From IMG/VR virus record IMGVR_UViG_3300044825_001572, positions 12,730 to 76,729 of that record: a DNA stretch of 64,000 bases. The stretch is one strand, 5' to 3'. Within the stretch, counting starts at the first letter, position 1. Every line of letters begins with the position of its first letter. Below the pieces are notes generated by a model. It did not search any database. It saw nothing but the letters and a program-made list of their open reading frames with translations, and had not been told where the DNA came from. This DNA comes from a virus. Both the position numbers and the translations under genes were made by a program. Below, piece by piece: positions 31,401 to 40,747 of the stretch.

Positions 31401-33621
31401 CAGTAATGTGTAAAAGATTGCCCGAAGGACCAAAGTATGATAGTGCTGCACCTATTGATTTTCTATTACTGTTTGCCTTTAGATCATATGAAATAGCTCT
31501 GAAAATATCCTTAATATCATCAGCACAATCACTAGTTGTTCCTGGAGCAGGTACAGTAAAGTTTAGTCCTGATGGTGAGGTTAAAAATCCAACTGCTTCT
31601 GCAGCAATAAAGTTTATATTACTATCAATCAGTCTAGCAGCATCTTGCTCTCTATGATTACCGGCAAATCCACTAAATCCACTAGTTAAGAACCCGACAG
31701 TCTCATTTGCAATATAATCAAGGTTCAATCTAATCATTCTTGCAGCATCAAAATATCTATCAACTGCAACACCTTCTAAAGTTTGAAGTGCTACTACTGC
31801 AGCACCATCGGTCATATCTGGACCAATAAAGCTCATATCAGTAATATGACAGCCATTATTAACGTGGAATAAGTCTAGATATGGATACCTAGGAGTTACT
31901 ACACAGTTTCTTAGTTCTGTACCTTCTATTGAAACTGTTTTCTTAAGTACAATTGGATTTTCTTCTACGTAAACTCCAGGATATACTTTAATAGTATCTC
32001 CAAATACTGCTATCTTTGCAGCAGCTTTAATAGTTTTCTTAGCGTTATTTTCACTTAAACCACTATTATTATCATTACCATTTTGGGTTACAAAAATGGT
32101 TTTTCCAGTTGGTCTGTAAGCCTCTATTTCTACTACACCCTTTCCATTTATTGGCTTAACATTTACACCAATTCCAGCAGTTATTTGAGTTACAATTCCG
32201 GTTAGTGCTACACCATCACCAATAAATGCGGAAGCGATAATAGTATCTGCAGTAACATCAGCAAGGTTAGATACTCCAGAAACATCTAATTGAGTAACGG
32301 AAGCTATTCCACCCCTAACATCAATAGCTGTAGAAGCTATACCAGTTACATTACCTATTAGTCTATTAGCATTTATATTACCACCTACACTTAATGCATT
32401 CGTGTTTGGATTATAAGTTAATCCTGGAGTATCAACTCTTAAATCTGCTACTCCATCAGTTTGGGTAGTTATGACTAGATTATAGGTAGCATTTTCATTA
32501 GTAGTTTGGACCCCAACGCTTACAACTTCGTCAGGATTCTTCCAAGATGCTGGACTTGTTGAACCACCAGAAACTAGAACTTGGCCGGGAATTCCTGATG
32601 ATTGTAAAGCTTCTCTAGTGAATACTAATGAACGAACTTCACTACCGCTAACGAGATGATTTGGACTAACTCTAATACTATTAATTCCAACACTTATAAT
32701 TCTAGTATTATTAAATATCCTTAATTGAGGAGAATCTACTACAAAATCTCCTATTTGTAATAATGAGGTATTGACTCCAATAAAAGAACTTGAATTTAAC
32801 GTTCCAGTATCAGTTTTTACTCCAGTTGGTGCTGTATATGTAAATAACCTATTACTTAATGCTATATCACCTATAACATCTAAAGCATAATTTGGTGAAG
32901 TTGTATTAATACCAAATCTTCCAGTTGATGGAATATAAGTTAGGCTACTACCAATAGAAACATTAGTGTAACCTGTTCCTGTAGTAAATGTAGGATAAAC
33001 TACTCTAGATGTACTAGATAGACTTACATTTATATTATTAGAATTTGTAGAAACTCCGGAAATAACCGCATATGAAGATATACCAGCATTTGTGGAATAC
33101 CCTGCTATATTTGCATACGAGGATGAACCAGTAATACTTATATCGTAAGTTCCTGGAATAATAGTAGCAACTGATGTAGCTGTACCAGTAATGCTAATGT
33201 TATAAACACCAGTTAATCTATCTGCACTAATAATTCCTTCATTAATATTTGCAGCATTCTGTAAGTAATTAGCTGTCTGTGCAGTTCCAGTTACATCAAT
33301 ATTATAAGATCCATTTAGGACATTTTGTGGAATTGTTCCATTAATTATACCATCAGCATCAGCAGTTCTAGCATAATCTACTTCAATTGGATAATATCCA
33401 GAGAGTCTTTGAGAACTAATAGTTCCAGCTAATATATTAGCACCATTTAATAGAGTATTAGAATAATCTGCAATTCCTTCAAGATTACCCACAAATTTTT
33501 GTGATGTAATAGTAGTAGCACCTACAATACTACTATTTTGTAAATTAAGATTATCACCAGCAGCTAATTCTTCAATTCTATTTGTCTGTGAATTAGCTAT
33601 AAGCGGGTATCTATCAGCCAT
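28417..33621 (-). CDS. Large tailspike/fibre protein with pectin-lyase-like beta-helix and repeated inserted modules
   Basis: IFVTQNGNDNNSG..KTIKAAA..GDTIKVYPGVYVE; PYVRNCTNF; DSYTQYNQGGIG; repeated FSCP..YP.G..GF.F.V...VGPSTIPHTYVSGG modules. Confidence 0.8.
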   Translation of the reverse strand: MADRYPLIANSQTNRIEELAAGDNLNLQNSSIVGATTITSQKFVGNLEGIADYSNTLLNGANILAGTISSQRLSGYYPIEVDYARTADADGIINGTIPQNVLNGSYNIDVTGTAQTANYLQNAANINEGIISADRLTGVYNISITGTATSVATIIPGTYDISITGSSSYANIAGYSTNAGISSYAVISGVSTNSNNINVSLSSTSRVVYPTFTTGTGYTNVSIGSSLTYIPSTGRFGINTTSPNYALDVIGDIALSNRLFTYTAPTGVKTDTGTLNSSSFIGVNTSLLQIGDFVVDSPQLRIFNNTRIISVGINSIRVSPNHLVSGSEVRSLVFTREALQSSGIPGQVLVSGGSTSPASWKNPDEVVSVGVQTTNENATYNLVITTQTDGVADLRVDTPGLTYNPNTNALSVGGNINANRLIGNVTGIASTAIDVRGGIASVTQLDVSGVSNLADVTADTIIASAFIGDGVALTGIVTQITAGIGVNVKPINGKGVVEIEAYRPTGKTIFVTQNGNDNNSGLSENNAKKTIKAAAKIAVFGDTIKVYPGVYVEENPIVLKKTVSIEGTELRNCVVTPRYPYLDLFHVNNGCHITDMSFIGPDMTDGAAVVALQTLEGVAVDRYFDAARMIRLNLDYIANETVGFLTSGFSGFAGNHREQDAARLIDSNINFIAAEAVGFLTSPSGLNFTVPAPGTTSDCADDIKDIFRAISYDLKANSNRKSIGAALSYFGPSGNLLHITGVGVSQATIQTLNYAVGIAYSVINNVGPTTSYQSGVGSISQTFNPSVITVPGGCVAVGTTISQLVGIITSAIAAGNTSSLPSIRYGVTLESQDCADDIKSIWKCIIHDITRGGNSRSVDAGKSYYDDNWNLIPQILKNPGEVTQTVASVDYSFNVARAIINNVTWGGYPVGLGTTVSNAQYNQFTGITTITATNHGLIKDDAVKITGIGFTCPSGPGIVTYPSGAFGYIFNVLKVINNNTFEVVVGQSSLPHTYVSGGFIQKYSSYSHNKYQVKDLGMQKDPLTGFNNAINGCANVVSALRSCVGIVTNIVGLGSTAFTSVGIKTSYPGNSGIGFTSTLGITTAVYDEVTGRTRITAPGLKVQEGEQIELRDLRFSCNSGGGISTQSFPSGRYGYDFFVNNINNDGSFDVYVGPSTLPHTYVGGGVVVDRTVAVTTATYNNLTGITTIRAKGLSIETGDLVRIRGLEFSCPSGSGTTTIYPTGNNGFDFRVLDIVTDKPVAITTAVYDNITGITTITAPGIGVTYNGLVEIRNLKFSCPPGSGITTDLYPTGNNGFEFRVLSAIGSTFTVNVGPSTIPHTYVSGGIAINRTNTANDTFTINVGPSTIPHTYVSGGIVIPPFSRGVGPITQGPYVRNCTNFIPKSIGMKIDGFAAELGDQDDIGVTGTMSVDSYTQYNQGGIGVSITNGAYAQLVSIFTICDDIAVFTGSGGQCDITNSNSSFGRLGLVADGVGDAGTKSIYRSTGVAFTTAPEKTNEVVVSGVGDYRPYDGQVCYFGELLYFVDTIEVIDGGSGYTAAPRVTITTPEGQNGITAQATTTIENGRVVAITIVNSGTQYRKPPTIEIAPPSSGTQATARVSRMQPIYYKVDSATLPSSGISTISLLQNLNNEVSAGTTVYFSRVSLQITSSHSFEWVGSGNDINKAKPALGGVVVPENEVVQENGGIVVYTSTDQAGNFKIGDGVIINQATGQISGRDFTKALFTTMTPFILALSE
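29555..29691. repeat. Perfect 47 bp direct repeat
   Basis: ataccaccagaaacataagtatgtggaattgttgatggtcctacatt at 29555 and 29645. Confidence 0.8.
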
Positions 33622-33656
33622 TACTTATGATTGATTACTTTTTGTTCTTAAGATAT

Positions 33657-35261
33657 TTAGTTACTTTCATATGGACTAAAATCAATATTATCTAATGTAG
33701 AAATATCAGATTCTAATCTTTTTATTTCTTCAGTTATACTACCAAGAGCTTGTAGTATCGACCAAGCTTGTAATTCTTTTCTATCTCTATCTCTTCTTAA
33801 GGTTTTTGTTGCATTAATAATAGGTTCAATTTGAGATTGATATTGTGCTATTACATTATTTAAATCTTCTATTGCATTATCAATATTCTGTTGTAATTGA
33901 TTACATAAAGTTCCAGTTGGATCTATTCCAGGAAATCTTGATGTAGTTCCTAGAGATATTGGATTACTAGATGATGTAATGGCTACAGTTCCTTCTGGAG
34001 CTATTGTACTGGTACAAGATATAGATGGAAATGCTCCAGAACACTTAATTATGCTAGGCCATAGTAAAGTTCCAATATAATATTCAACTTTTCCACCTCC
34101 TACTAAAGGTTCTGGATTAATTTGAGTATTTGTTGAACTATCGAAATAAGAACTACTTGGGCTCCAAGTTTGAGTTTGACTTGAATTTCCAGAAATATCT
34201 AAAAATATACTGTGACCTATACCGACTGTAGATGAATTAATAACACCAATGTTTAATGGCTCTAATGGATTTTGTAAATAGTCAAAATTTGTATCAATAT
34301 CTCCAATTCGTAGTACCGTGAAAGTATTATTTGTAGTAGAAGCCAGAGATACAGTAGAAATAAATGCTGCTGAATATGTTGTAATAATTCCAACAGTAAA
34401 TATATTTTCAATAGTACCTATTGGCGCAGCATCATTCAATATTAAACTATTACACGGGACTTCCGTAGTTTCATATTCACCAGTTCCATTTAAAAATGTT
34501 ACTGGGAATGTAGTAGTACCAAAACCAACAATTGTAGTAGTTATAATACCTACACATTCAAAACTCATTCCTGTATTAACTCCTATAGTGGAAATTCCCG
34601 GACCATAATGAGCGAAAATTGTAGAGCCAGTAGATATTCCTCCACCTAAAGTCGTAACAATACCAACAGCGTTTATTGTACCAAACCCCACAAATTTAGG
34701 AAGATTTGTTGGGGAGAATATTGTAGGATTGGAAATACTATCAACAATTATATCATCAGGTTGAATATTTTGAGTTAATTGAGAATTATTATCCAATATT
34801 GCAATAGCTGTACTACCAACAGATGTTGAACCTGAAAATGTAGTAATAATATTTGAACCATAATCACGATTTAATGGCTTTTGATAATATTTTAATCCAC
34901 GATATGGGGTAAAAGAATATGTATTAGAATTTTTCTTAACTTCATATTTGTAATATCTATTAATACTACCTCCAAACAAAGTATATGATGGAGGTTCCCA
35001 AGCATCAACTAATACCCAAGCTAAATCGCTTCTACATCCAGAAGAAATTCTAGCATCATATGCCTGTTTTATTGGGGGAATTTTTTCGTTGATAATATTG
35101 ATAATCCTTAAAGCATCACTATCAATTTTTGATATTAAATTATCTTCTTTATCAATATTAACATCTATTAATGTTAATTGATTTAAAAGTGCATCTCTTT
35201 GAGTTTTTTTACTTATTAATTCTAATTGAAGTTCTGATATTATTTCTCTAGATATAGTCAT
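33657..35261 (-). CDS. Hypothetical virion protein with coiled-coil termini
   Basis: 534 aa ORF in the late operon downstream of gp5. Confidence 0.65.
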   Translation of the reverse strand: MTISREIISELQLELISKKTQRDALLNQLTLIDVNIDKEDNLISKIDSDALRIINIINEKIPPIKQAYDARISSGCRSDLAWVLVDAWEPPSYTLFGGSINRYYKYEVKKNSNTYSFTPYRGLKYYQKPLNRDYGSNIITTFSGSTSVGSTAIAILDNNSQLTQNIQPDDIIVDSISNPTIFSPTNLPKFVGFGTINAVGIVTTLGGGISTGSTIFAHYGPGISTIGVNTGMSFECVGIITTTIVGFGTTTFPVTFLNGTGEYETTEVPCNSLILNDAAPIGTIENIFTVGIITTYSAAFISTVSLASTTNNTFTVLRIGDIDTNFDYLQNPLEPLNIGVINSSTVGIGHSIFLDISGNSSQTQTWSPSSSYFDSSTNTQINPEPLVGGGKVEYYIGTLLWPSIIKCSGAFPSISCTSTIAPEGTVAITSSSNPISLGTTSRFPGIDPTGTLCNQLQQNIDNAIEDLNNVIAQYQSQIEPIINATKTLRRDRDRKELQAWSILQALGSITEEIKRLESDISTLDNIDFSPYESN

Positions 35262-35263
35262 TG

Positions 35264-36109
35264 TTATATGTTATCTCCTTCATATTCTACGATTAATTTA
35301 TCTACATCTTTTCTTTCGGCAAATACTGTATAAAAGCAATCTATAGGACCACTTAAATTATTCGCAATATTTATAACTTTACCCCATTCTATATTTTTTA
35401 CATAAAGTTCTTGATATGCATTATTTGGTGTTAAATTGACTGTGATAGTTTCTATATCGACTAAATTATCCCAATATTCAGGTAAAATAATTTTATTTTT
35501 GTTTTTTAATTTTCCTCTATAATATACACCAACTTCTGGACCTTCAATACAAGCATGTCGTAGTCTCATTCCACTTTTATTTGGATGAGGAATATCAAAT
35601 TGTTTAAATGGTGCCGCTACTGATGAAAACGCGCCAAAAGTTGCCTTTATTGATGCTGCATCTATATCACCACAAAATATTTTTCCAGTAACATTTAAAG
35701 CAGAATTCATAGTTACTGGACCATTAAAAATTCCAGTATCATTACCTATGTTTATTGCATTTTTTAAGTCTGCACCATTTTTAGTTTCAACTGCTGTTAC
35801 ATTTACAGACCCTGTAAAATTACTAATAGCAGAAACATTTAAAGTTCCAGCGATATTTGTTATAGGACCTAAAAAATTAGATACTCCTACAACTTCTAAT
35901 GATGCTGGGGCTGATAGTCCAGCAAGTGGTGGACCAATCATACAAGATGCCCGAGCTACACCAATTTGTGGAGTAGCTCCAATGTATACGGGACCATTTA
36001 AAACTGCAGTTCCAGGAATTACCCTTGAAGTTGCTGTAAGAAATGAGGTATCTACTTGACCTACAACTAATTTATCTCCAACATGAGAAATTGAAGTAAT
36101 ATGAGCCAT
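35264..36109 (-). CDS. Short fibre/spike protein with cyanophage-type C-terminal chaperone domain
   Basis: KQFDIPHP..MRLRHACIEGPEVGVYYRG...AERKDVDKLIVEY. Confidence 0.65.
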   Translation of the reverse strand: MAHITSISHVGDKLVVGQVDTSFLTATSRVIPGTAVLNGPVYIGATPQIGVARASCMIGPPLAGLSAPASLEVVGVSNFLGPITNIAGTLNVSAISNFTGSVNVTAVETKNGADLKNAINIGNDTGIFNGPVTMNSALNVTGKIFCGDIDAASIKATFGAFSSVAAPFKQFDIPHPNKSGMRLRHACIEGPEVGVYYRGKLKNKNKIILPEYWDNLVDIETITVNLTPNNAYQELYVKNIEWGKVINIANNLSGPIDCFYTVFAERKDVDKLIVEYEGDNI

Positions 36110-36113
36110 AGTA

Positions 36114-36677
36114 TCAACCTATACCCAAACAATCCTTGAAGAATTTTTTTAATGATTGCAATCCACTAAATGCTTGTCCTAAAAAGCTTCCTTGAACTAA
36201 ATCTACACTACTACCATCGCTGTTTTGAATCTGTGCCGAACCAGATTTAGTTCCAGCCATAGTTTCTAGATTTCCAGACCCAGCAACAGTAATATTAGTA
36301 CCATTTTCTCGTATGGAGGGTGCTCTAATTTCTATAATTTTTCCAGAATTTAGAGTTATTTCTCCACTACCATCTTCTGCTACTATTCTAATATTTTTTG
36401 CTTTAAGAATAATATCACCATTCTGTGCTTCTAGATGAATGTTACCATTTTTAGCTAATATTATTTTTCCTGGTTGATCTTCTTTACAAGTATTTCCAAC
36501 GTATTCATAAGAAGTATTAGGAGTAACTTCAACTTTAACTCCGTCACTTTGCATCATCATAGCATTACCATTATCTGTGGTAACACCATATTCTACTTGA
36601 TAGTTACCATAATTTACATTGCTATAGATTTTAGCAGCAGCTAAAGTTTCTAAATCATATCCTCGTTGATTTGTCAT
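36114..36677 (-). CDS. gp5 C-terminal-like beta-helix spike protein
   Basis: ILAKNGNIHLEAQNGDIILKAKNIRI repeats; ATGA overlap with the gp5 stop. Confidence 0.6.
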   Translation of the reverse strand: MTNQRGYDLETLAAAKIYSNVNYGNYQVEYGVTTDNGNAMMMQSDGVKVEVTPNTSYEYVGNTCKEDQPGKIILAKNGNIHLEAQNGDIILKAKNIRIVAEDGSGEITLNSGKIIEIRAPSIRENGTNITVAGSGNLETMAGTKSGSAQIQNSDGSSVDLVQGSFLGQAFSGLQSLKKFFKDCLGIG

Positions 36678-39193
36678 ACGCAATCTACTACTTTAATTAC
36701 TCCTAATTCATTAATAGCAATACCAGAAGAAATATTTCCTTTTGGTAAGTATTTTATAACTGGGTACAATACTGCTCCTTCTCCATTATTACTATCTATA
36801 AAGGTTGTTGGTAATGTAGTGAATTCTGTAGGACAGAACACAGAACTTACACCAACAATTGAACCATTATTTGATACTATTGGTGTTATTATACATTCCC
36901 CAACTTCTATTCTATCACCAGTGCTATATCCAATTCCGGGATTAGGAATAACAATTCCAGTTAGAATGCCAGAATTAATTGTACCAATTCCACTTGGTAA
37001 TGATGGGAAGAATGTAGAAATTCCAAGTGTTATTGGTAAAGTCCCTATTCCAATTGGTACTACAGTTCCTGGAGGAGATTGATTTGGATTTGTTGAGGGG
37101 ATTTGAAGTATTGGTGACAACCTGTCATTAACTAAAACTACAGTCCTAGCAACAATATCTTGATTGGAATTTAATAAATCAAAAGTTAATTGCTCTACCT
37201 GCTCTCCAATACTATCTTGTCTAATTTTTACTTGAACTGATGCAGTAGAGTTAAATATCGTTACTGTTCCTGAAACAGGACCATCAATATCTTCTGGGGT
37301 AATTTCTCCACCTAAAGTATATCCTAAAGTTGTTCCATCAGTAACATTCTCTGTTAGTATCGTGAAGTTACACACTTCCCCCTCATAGAAAGAATACTTA
37401 TCTGCTGTTACAAGATAATATGGATTTATTACTAACCCATCAAGATTAGTTTCACAATATCCACTACCAGTAGAAGTTACATAAATTTGAGTAACTTTTC
37501 CTCCAGAAATTACCGAACTTGCTTTAGCACCAGAGCCAGTATTAGTGTTATCAATAATTGAAACTGATGGTGGAACACTATATCCAAATCCCTGATTTAC
37601 AACTTCTATAGAAAGAATTGAACCATTCTCCCCAATAACAGCAACTGCTTGTGCTCCAATTCCATCACCATAGATAATGACTTCTGGTGGAATACAAGTA
37701 GCTCTTATATTGCCAGTATTTACAATATCACGTTGAGATTGTGGGTTGATGACTCTATCTGCACAATTTGGGAAAATTGCTGCACTTGAACCTCCACCAT
37801 AAATTGATAGAAAATTTACTGAGGTCTCTAAACTATCATTAAATCCTCTAATCACATTCATCTTACCAACAACTCTATTCCAGTTATCCTTTTCAGCTTG
37901 ACTTGGACCAACAGCTAAAGCCCATTCACTTGGAGTTTTACATTTTAAATTATCACAACCAATGAGATTAAAAATTTGTGTTGCTATAGAAGTTGCTTTT
38001 GATAAAATACTTTTTACTTGTGAAACCCCATTTAATAGCCAATCCAATCCTGAAAGTATTGGCGCTAAAAGATCATCAATAATATCTAAAAGTTTATTTA
38101 AGATAGTGGCAGTGAACTCTTCTACTGCACATACTGGAGCGTTAATAGCTCTACCAACTAATCCTTGAAGCATATCTAAGAGAAAGTCAAGTAATTGGTC
38201 TAGTATTCTTTCAAATAGACAGAAAATAATATTTAAAATATTTTTAGTCGCTTCACCAACTATTGGCTGTTGTGGAATAGGTACTACAAGACCCACAAAT
38301 TTTGAAAACAAACAACCAACCATTTTCATAATAATGTTTCTCATATTGTTTATGAGAAACTTTAATGTTCCTGTTATTATTCTAGCAGTCCTTTTTATTT
38401 CTTGGGCAATATCAACAACAGTATTGAGAATTGGGTCAATATAAGTTCCCAAGTAACTTTCAAGACCGCTAACAACTGCTATAAAATTTTGAATTGCTCT
38501 TGTAATTTTACCAATTACATTATCATCACAACCATTTTCACTTACAATTTTTTCCTTTTCAGCTTGTGCATATGCTTTAGCTAATGCTGAATCTACAGGA
38601 AAAAACTTATCAGAATTCTTTGAGAATGTAGTATCTATCCCAACTGAAGTGGGGTCTTGCATCAATCCCCCAATAATATTTCCACCAGAATTTGATGGTT
38701 CCCCTTGAGAAGTATTTGTTTTGGCTACTTGTTTCGTTGGACCTTTAACTACTCTTGAACCTTTTGTATGGCCTGTGAATGGTTTAAATGCTATTTCATC
38801 AACATCAAAACTTGGAACGTTAGCATTTCTATAAATTGAACCAATTACTACCGGCTGTTGAGCGTCATCACCATCTAGAAAAAATCCAAAAACTGTTTCG
38901 CCACCAATTAGTTTATGAGTTTTACCTAATCCTCCTTGTGCGTTCCCATCACTTGGAGATACTAATACATGAGCCCAAGGTAAATCTTTATCTGGAAGTT
39001 CTGTTCTATCATAAGTATGATATCCAATTATCCTCACTTTACATCTATAAGCCCAAGCTTGTGAGTGTTTGGTAAAATCTATACCAACCTTATCATCTTT
39101 ATCCCACACCTCAGGTGGAGCAACTTGACCCAACCACCAGATAAATCCATCTTTACCAAGATAATTAGATTTTAAAAGACTTTCCTCAATCAT
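36674..39193 (-). CDS. gp5: Baseplate hub/central spike protein gp5
   Basis: GKDGFIWWLGQV...RCKVRIIGYH...LPWAHVL...GETVFGFFLDGDDAQQPVVIG OB-fold. Confidence 0.9.
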   Translation of the reverse strand: MIEESLLKSNYLGKDGFIWWLGQVAPPEVWDKDDKVGIDFTKHSQAWAYRCKVRIIGYHTYDRTELPDKDLPWAHVLVSPSDGNAQGGLGKTHKLIGGETVFGFFLDGDDAQQPVVIGSIYRNANVPSFDVDEIAFKPFTGHTKGSRVVKGPTKQVAKTNTSQGEPSNSGGNIIGGLMQDPTSVGIDTTFSKNSDKFFPVDSALAKAYAQAEKEKIVSENGCDDNVIGKITRAIQNFIAVVSGLESYLGTYIDPILNTVVDIAQEIKRTARIITGTLKFLINNMRNIIMKMVGCLFSKFVGLVVPIPQQPIVGEATKNILNIIFCLFERILDQLLDFLLDMLQGLVGRAINAPVCAVEEFTATILNKLLDIIDDLLAPILSGLDWLLNGVSQVKSILSKATSIATQIFNLIGCDNLKCKTPSEWALAVGPSQAEKDNWNRVVGKMNVIRGFNDSLETSVNFLSIYGGGSSAAIFPNCADRVINPQSQRDIVNTGNIRATCIPPEVIIYGDGIGAQAVAVIGENGSILSIEVVNQGFGYSVPPSVSIIDNTNTGSGAKASSVISGGKVTQIYVTSTGSGYCETNLDGLVINPYYLVTADKYSFYEGEVCNFTILTENVTDGTTLGYTLGGEITPEDIDGPVSGTVTIFNSTASVQVKIRQDSIGEQVEQLTFDLLNSNQDIVARTVVLVNDRLSPILQIPSTNPNQSPPGTVVPIGIGTLPITLGISTFFPSLPSGIGTINSGILTGIVIPNPGIGYSTGDRIEVGECIITPIVSNNGSIVGVSSVFCPTEFTTLPTTFIDSNNGEGAVLYPVIKYLPKGNISSGIAINELGVIKVVDCV

Positions 39194-39198
39194 TTTAA

Positions 39199-39408
39199 TT
39201 AAATATCATATTTACGACATTCTGGAGCATCTGGATTTAAATCACAATATAGTTCTAATGATGATGGAATTTGAGTTATATCTGGATGATTTTTTATATA
39301 TCTATCCAATTCTTCCATATAACTTTCTAAATATCTCCTTCTTTGTTTTGTTATATTATCCCCATCTAATTCATTAATAATATTTTGAAATAAAGTTTTA
39401 ATTTCCAT
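39199..39408 (-). CDS. cp12: CP12 Calvin-cycle inhibitor
   Basis: C-terminus LELYCDLNPDAPECRKYD; ATG 39408 follows the upstream stop. Confidence 0.85.
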   Translation of the reverse strand: MEIKTLFQNIINELDGDNITKQRRRYLESYMEELDRYIKNHPDITQIPSSLELYCDLNPDAPECRKYDI

Positions 39409-39409
39409 A

Positions 39410-40747
39410 TTAAACAATATTGGAAGAGCTGTATAGTCCATAACTATCTCGTATTAATTTCAAACTTGTTACCATTGTTGCTGGTTCCATATGATGTCTT
39501 AACTCTTTTATGAGATAGTTTCCACTTTGTTGGTCGTCAGCTTCAAGATTATTTCCACTGCGTATTGCTGGAAATTCTGCATAAATTACATCACCAACTT
39601 TTAAATTTATGTTACAAGGGACTACCATATTTAGGGATTGAGTGAATAATAAATTGTATCTAGAAGTAGATTTAGCCATATCAGTTTCATCTCTCATAGG
39701 AGTTTTATCTGTAATACTAGCTGGACCATCTTTATTATCCATGACCCCAATGTCCGAAGTTCTAACCATAATTCTAGAAAAGCTTTCTCCAAGTTCTTCA
39801 GAAATAGCTACATTTGCATCAGCACCTAAGGTTGAAGCATCTTTTATTTCATCTTTCAGAACATATTTAATAATAGATAATCTATTTTCATATAAATTAT
39901 AAAAATATGTCGCATTGGCGTACATACCAACTCTTAAGTTTTTCAACAAATCTGTGTTTTTCTCAAAATTATAATTAAGTATTGTATACTCATTAATTGG
40001 TGAACTTCCTTGTATGACTTGAGAATAATAATATTTTGGAATATTTTTTAAATTAGATGTTCCAGATTGGGTATTTTTAACTAATTTTTCAACACTTTTA
40101 AAATTAAATCCTTCACTATTTTGATAAAATAAAAATCCAGCTACTCCTTTTGCTTGAGCAGTTAAATCTGCTCCACTTGTATTGGTAGCAGAATTACTTT
40201 CTGGAATTGATTTTGGTCCAAGCCAGGTTAAAATATGAAAAGGCTTTTTTTGGTTACTTATAAATGAATAGCTATTAGCAGTTTTTTCTATATTACTATC
40301 TTTGAAGTTATCCGTTTGTAATATATCCTTTAAAATTTTTTTAACAGATTGATCTATAGTTCCATCGTATCTTTTTTTACAACGTATAGTCTCATTTGTA
40401 ATTCCTTCTCTAGAAATTAAATTAAGAGTAAATGTTTCGGCAGTACTAGTTTGAGTTATTCCAGAAACTTTATATACATATAAAGTTTTATTTCCTTGGA
40501 ATTCAAAATCTCCAAATGCTGTAGTAATTGATAATGCTACTGCTTCTCCACCCCTTATTGGTAATACATTTAATATAGATGTACTACAGAGGACTTGAAC
40601 TGTAAGCATTATTGATGGAGATAATAAATCTTCATAATAATCAAGAAATAATAATGATGAAGATCCCATTAAGTCAATAGTTTTACTACCATCTAAAGAT
40701 GTAATAGTAAATAATCTAGGGTTTAGTGAACTTACTGCTGCAGACAT
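39410..40747 (-). CDS. Baseplate hub protein (gp27-like)
   Basis: YYEDLLSP..LPIRGGE; FLFYQNSEGFNFKS; SGNYLIKELRH..TSLKLIRDSYG. Confidence 0.7.
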   Translation of the reverse strand: MSAAVSSLNPRLFTITSLDGSKTIDLMGSSSLLFLDYYEDLLSPSIMLTVQVLCSTSILNVLPIRGGEAVALSITTAFGDFEFQGNKTLYVYKVSGITQTSTAETFTLNLISREGITNETIRCKKRYDGTIDQSVKKILKDILQTDNFKDSNIEKTANSYSFISNQKKPFHILTWLGPKSIPESNSATNTSGADLTAQAKGVAGFLFYQNSEGFNFKSVEKLVKNTQSGTSNLKNIPKYYYSQVIQGSSPINEYTILNYNFEKNTDLLKNLRVGMYANATYFYNLYENRLSIIKYVLKDEIKDASTLGADANVAISEELGESFSRIMVRTSDIGVMDNKDGPASITDKTPMRDETDMAKSTSRYNLLFTQSLNMVVPCNINLKVGDVIYAEFPAIRSGNNLEADDQQSGNYLIKELRHHMEPATMVTSLKLIRDSYGLYSSSNIV

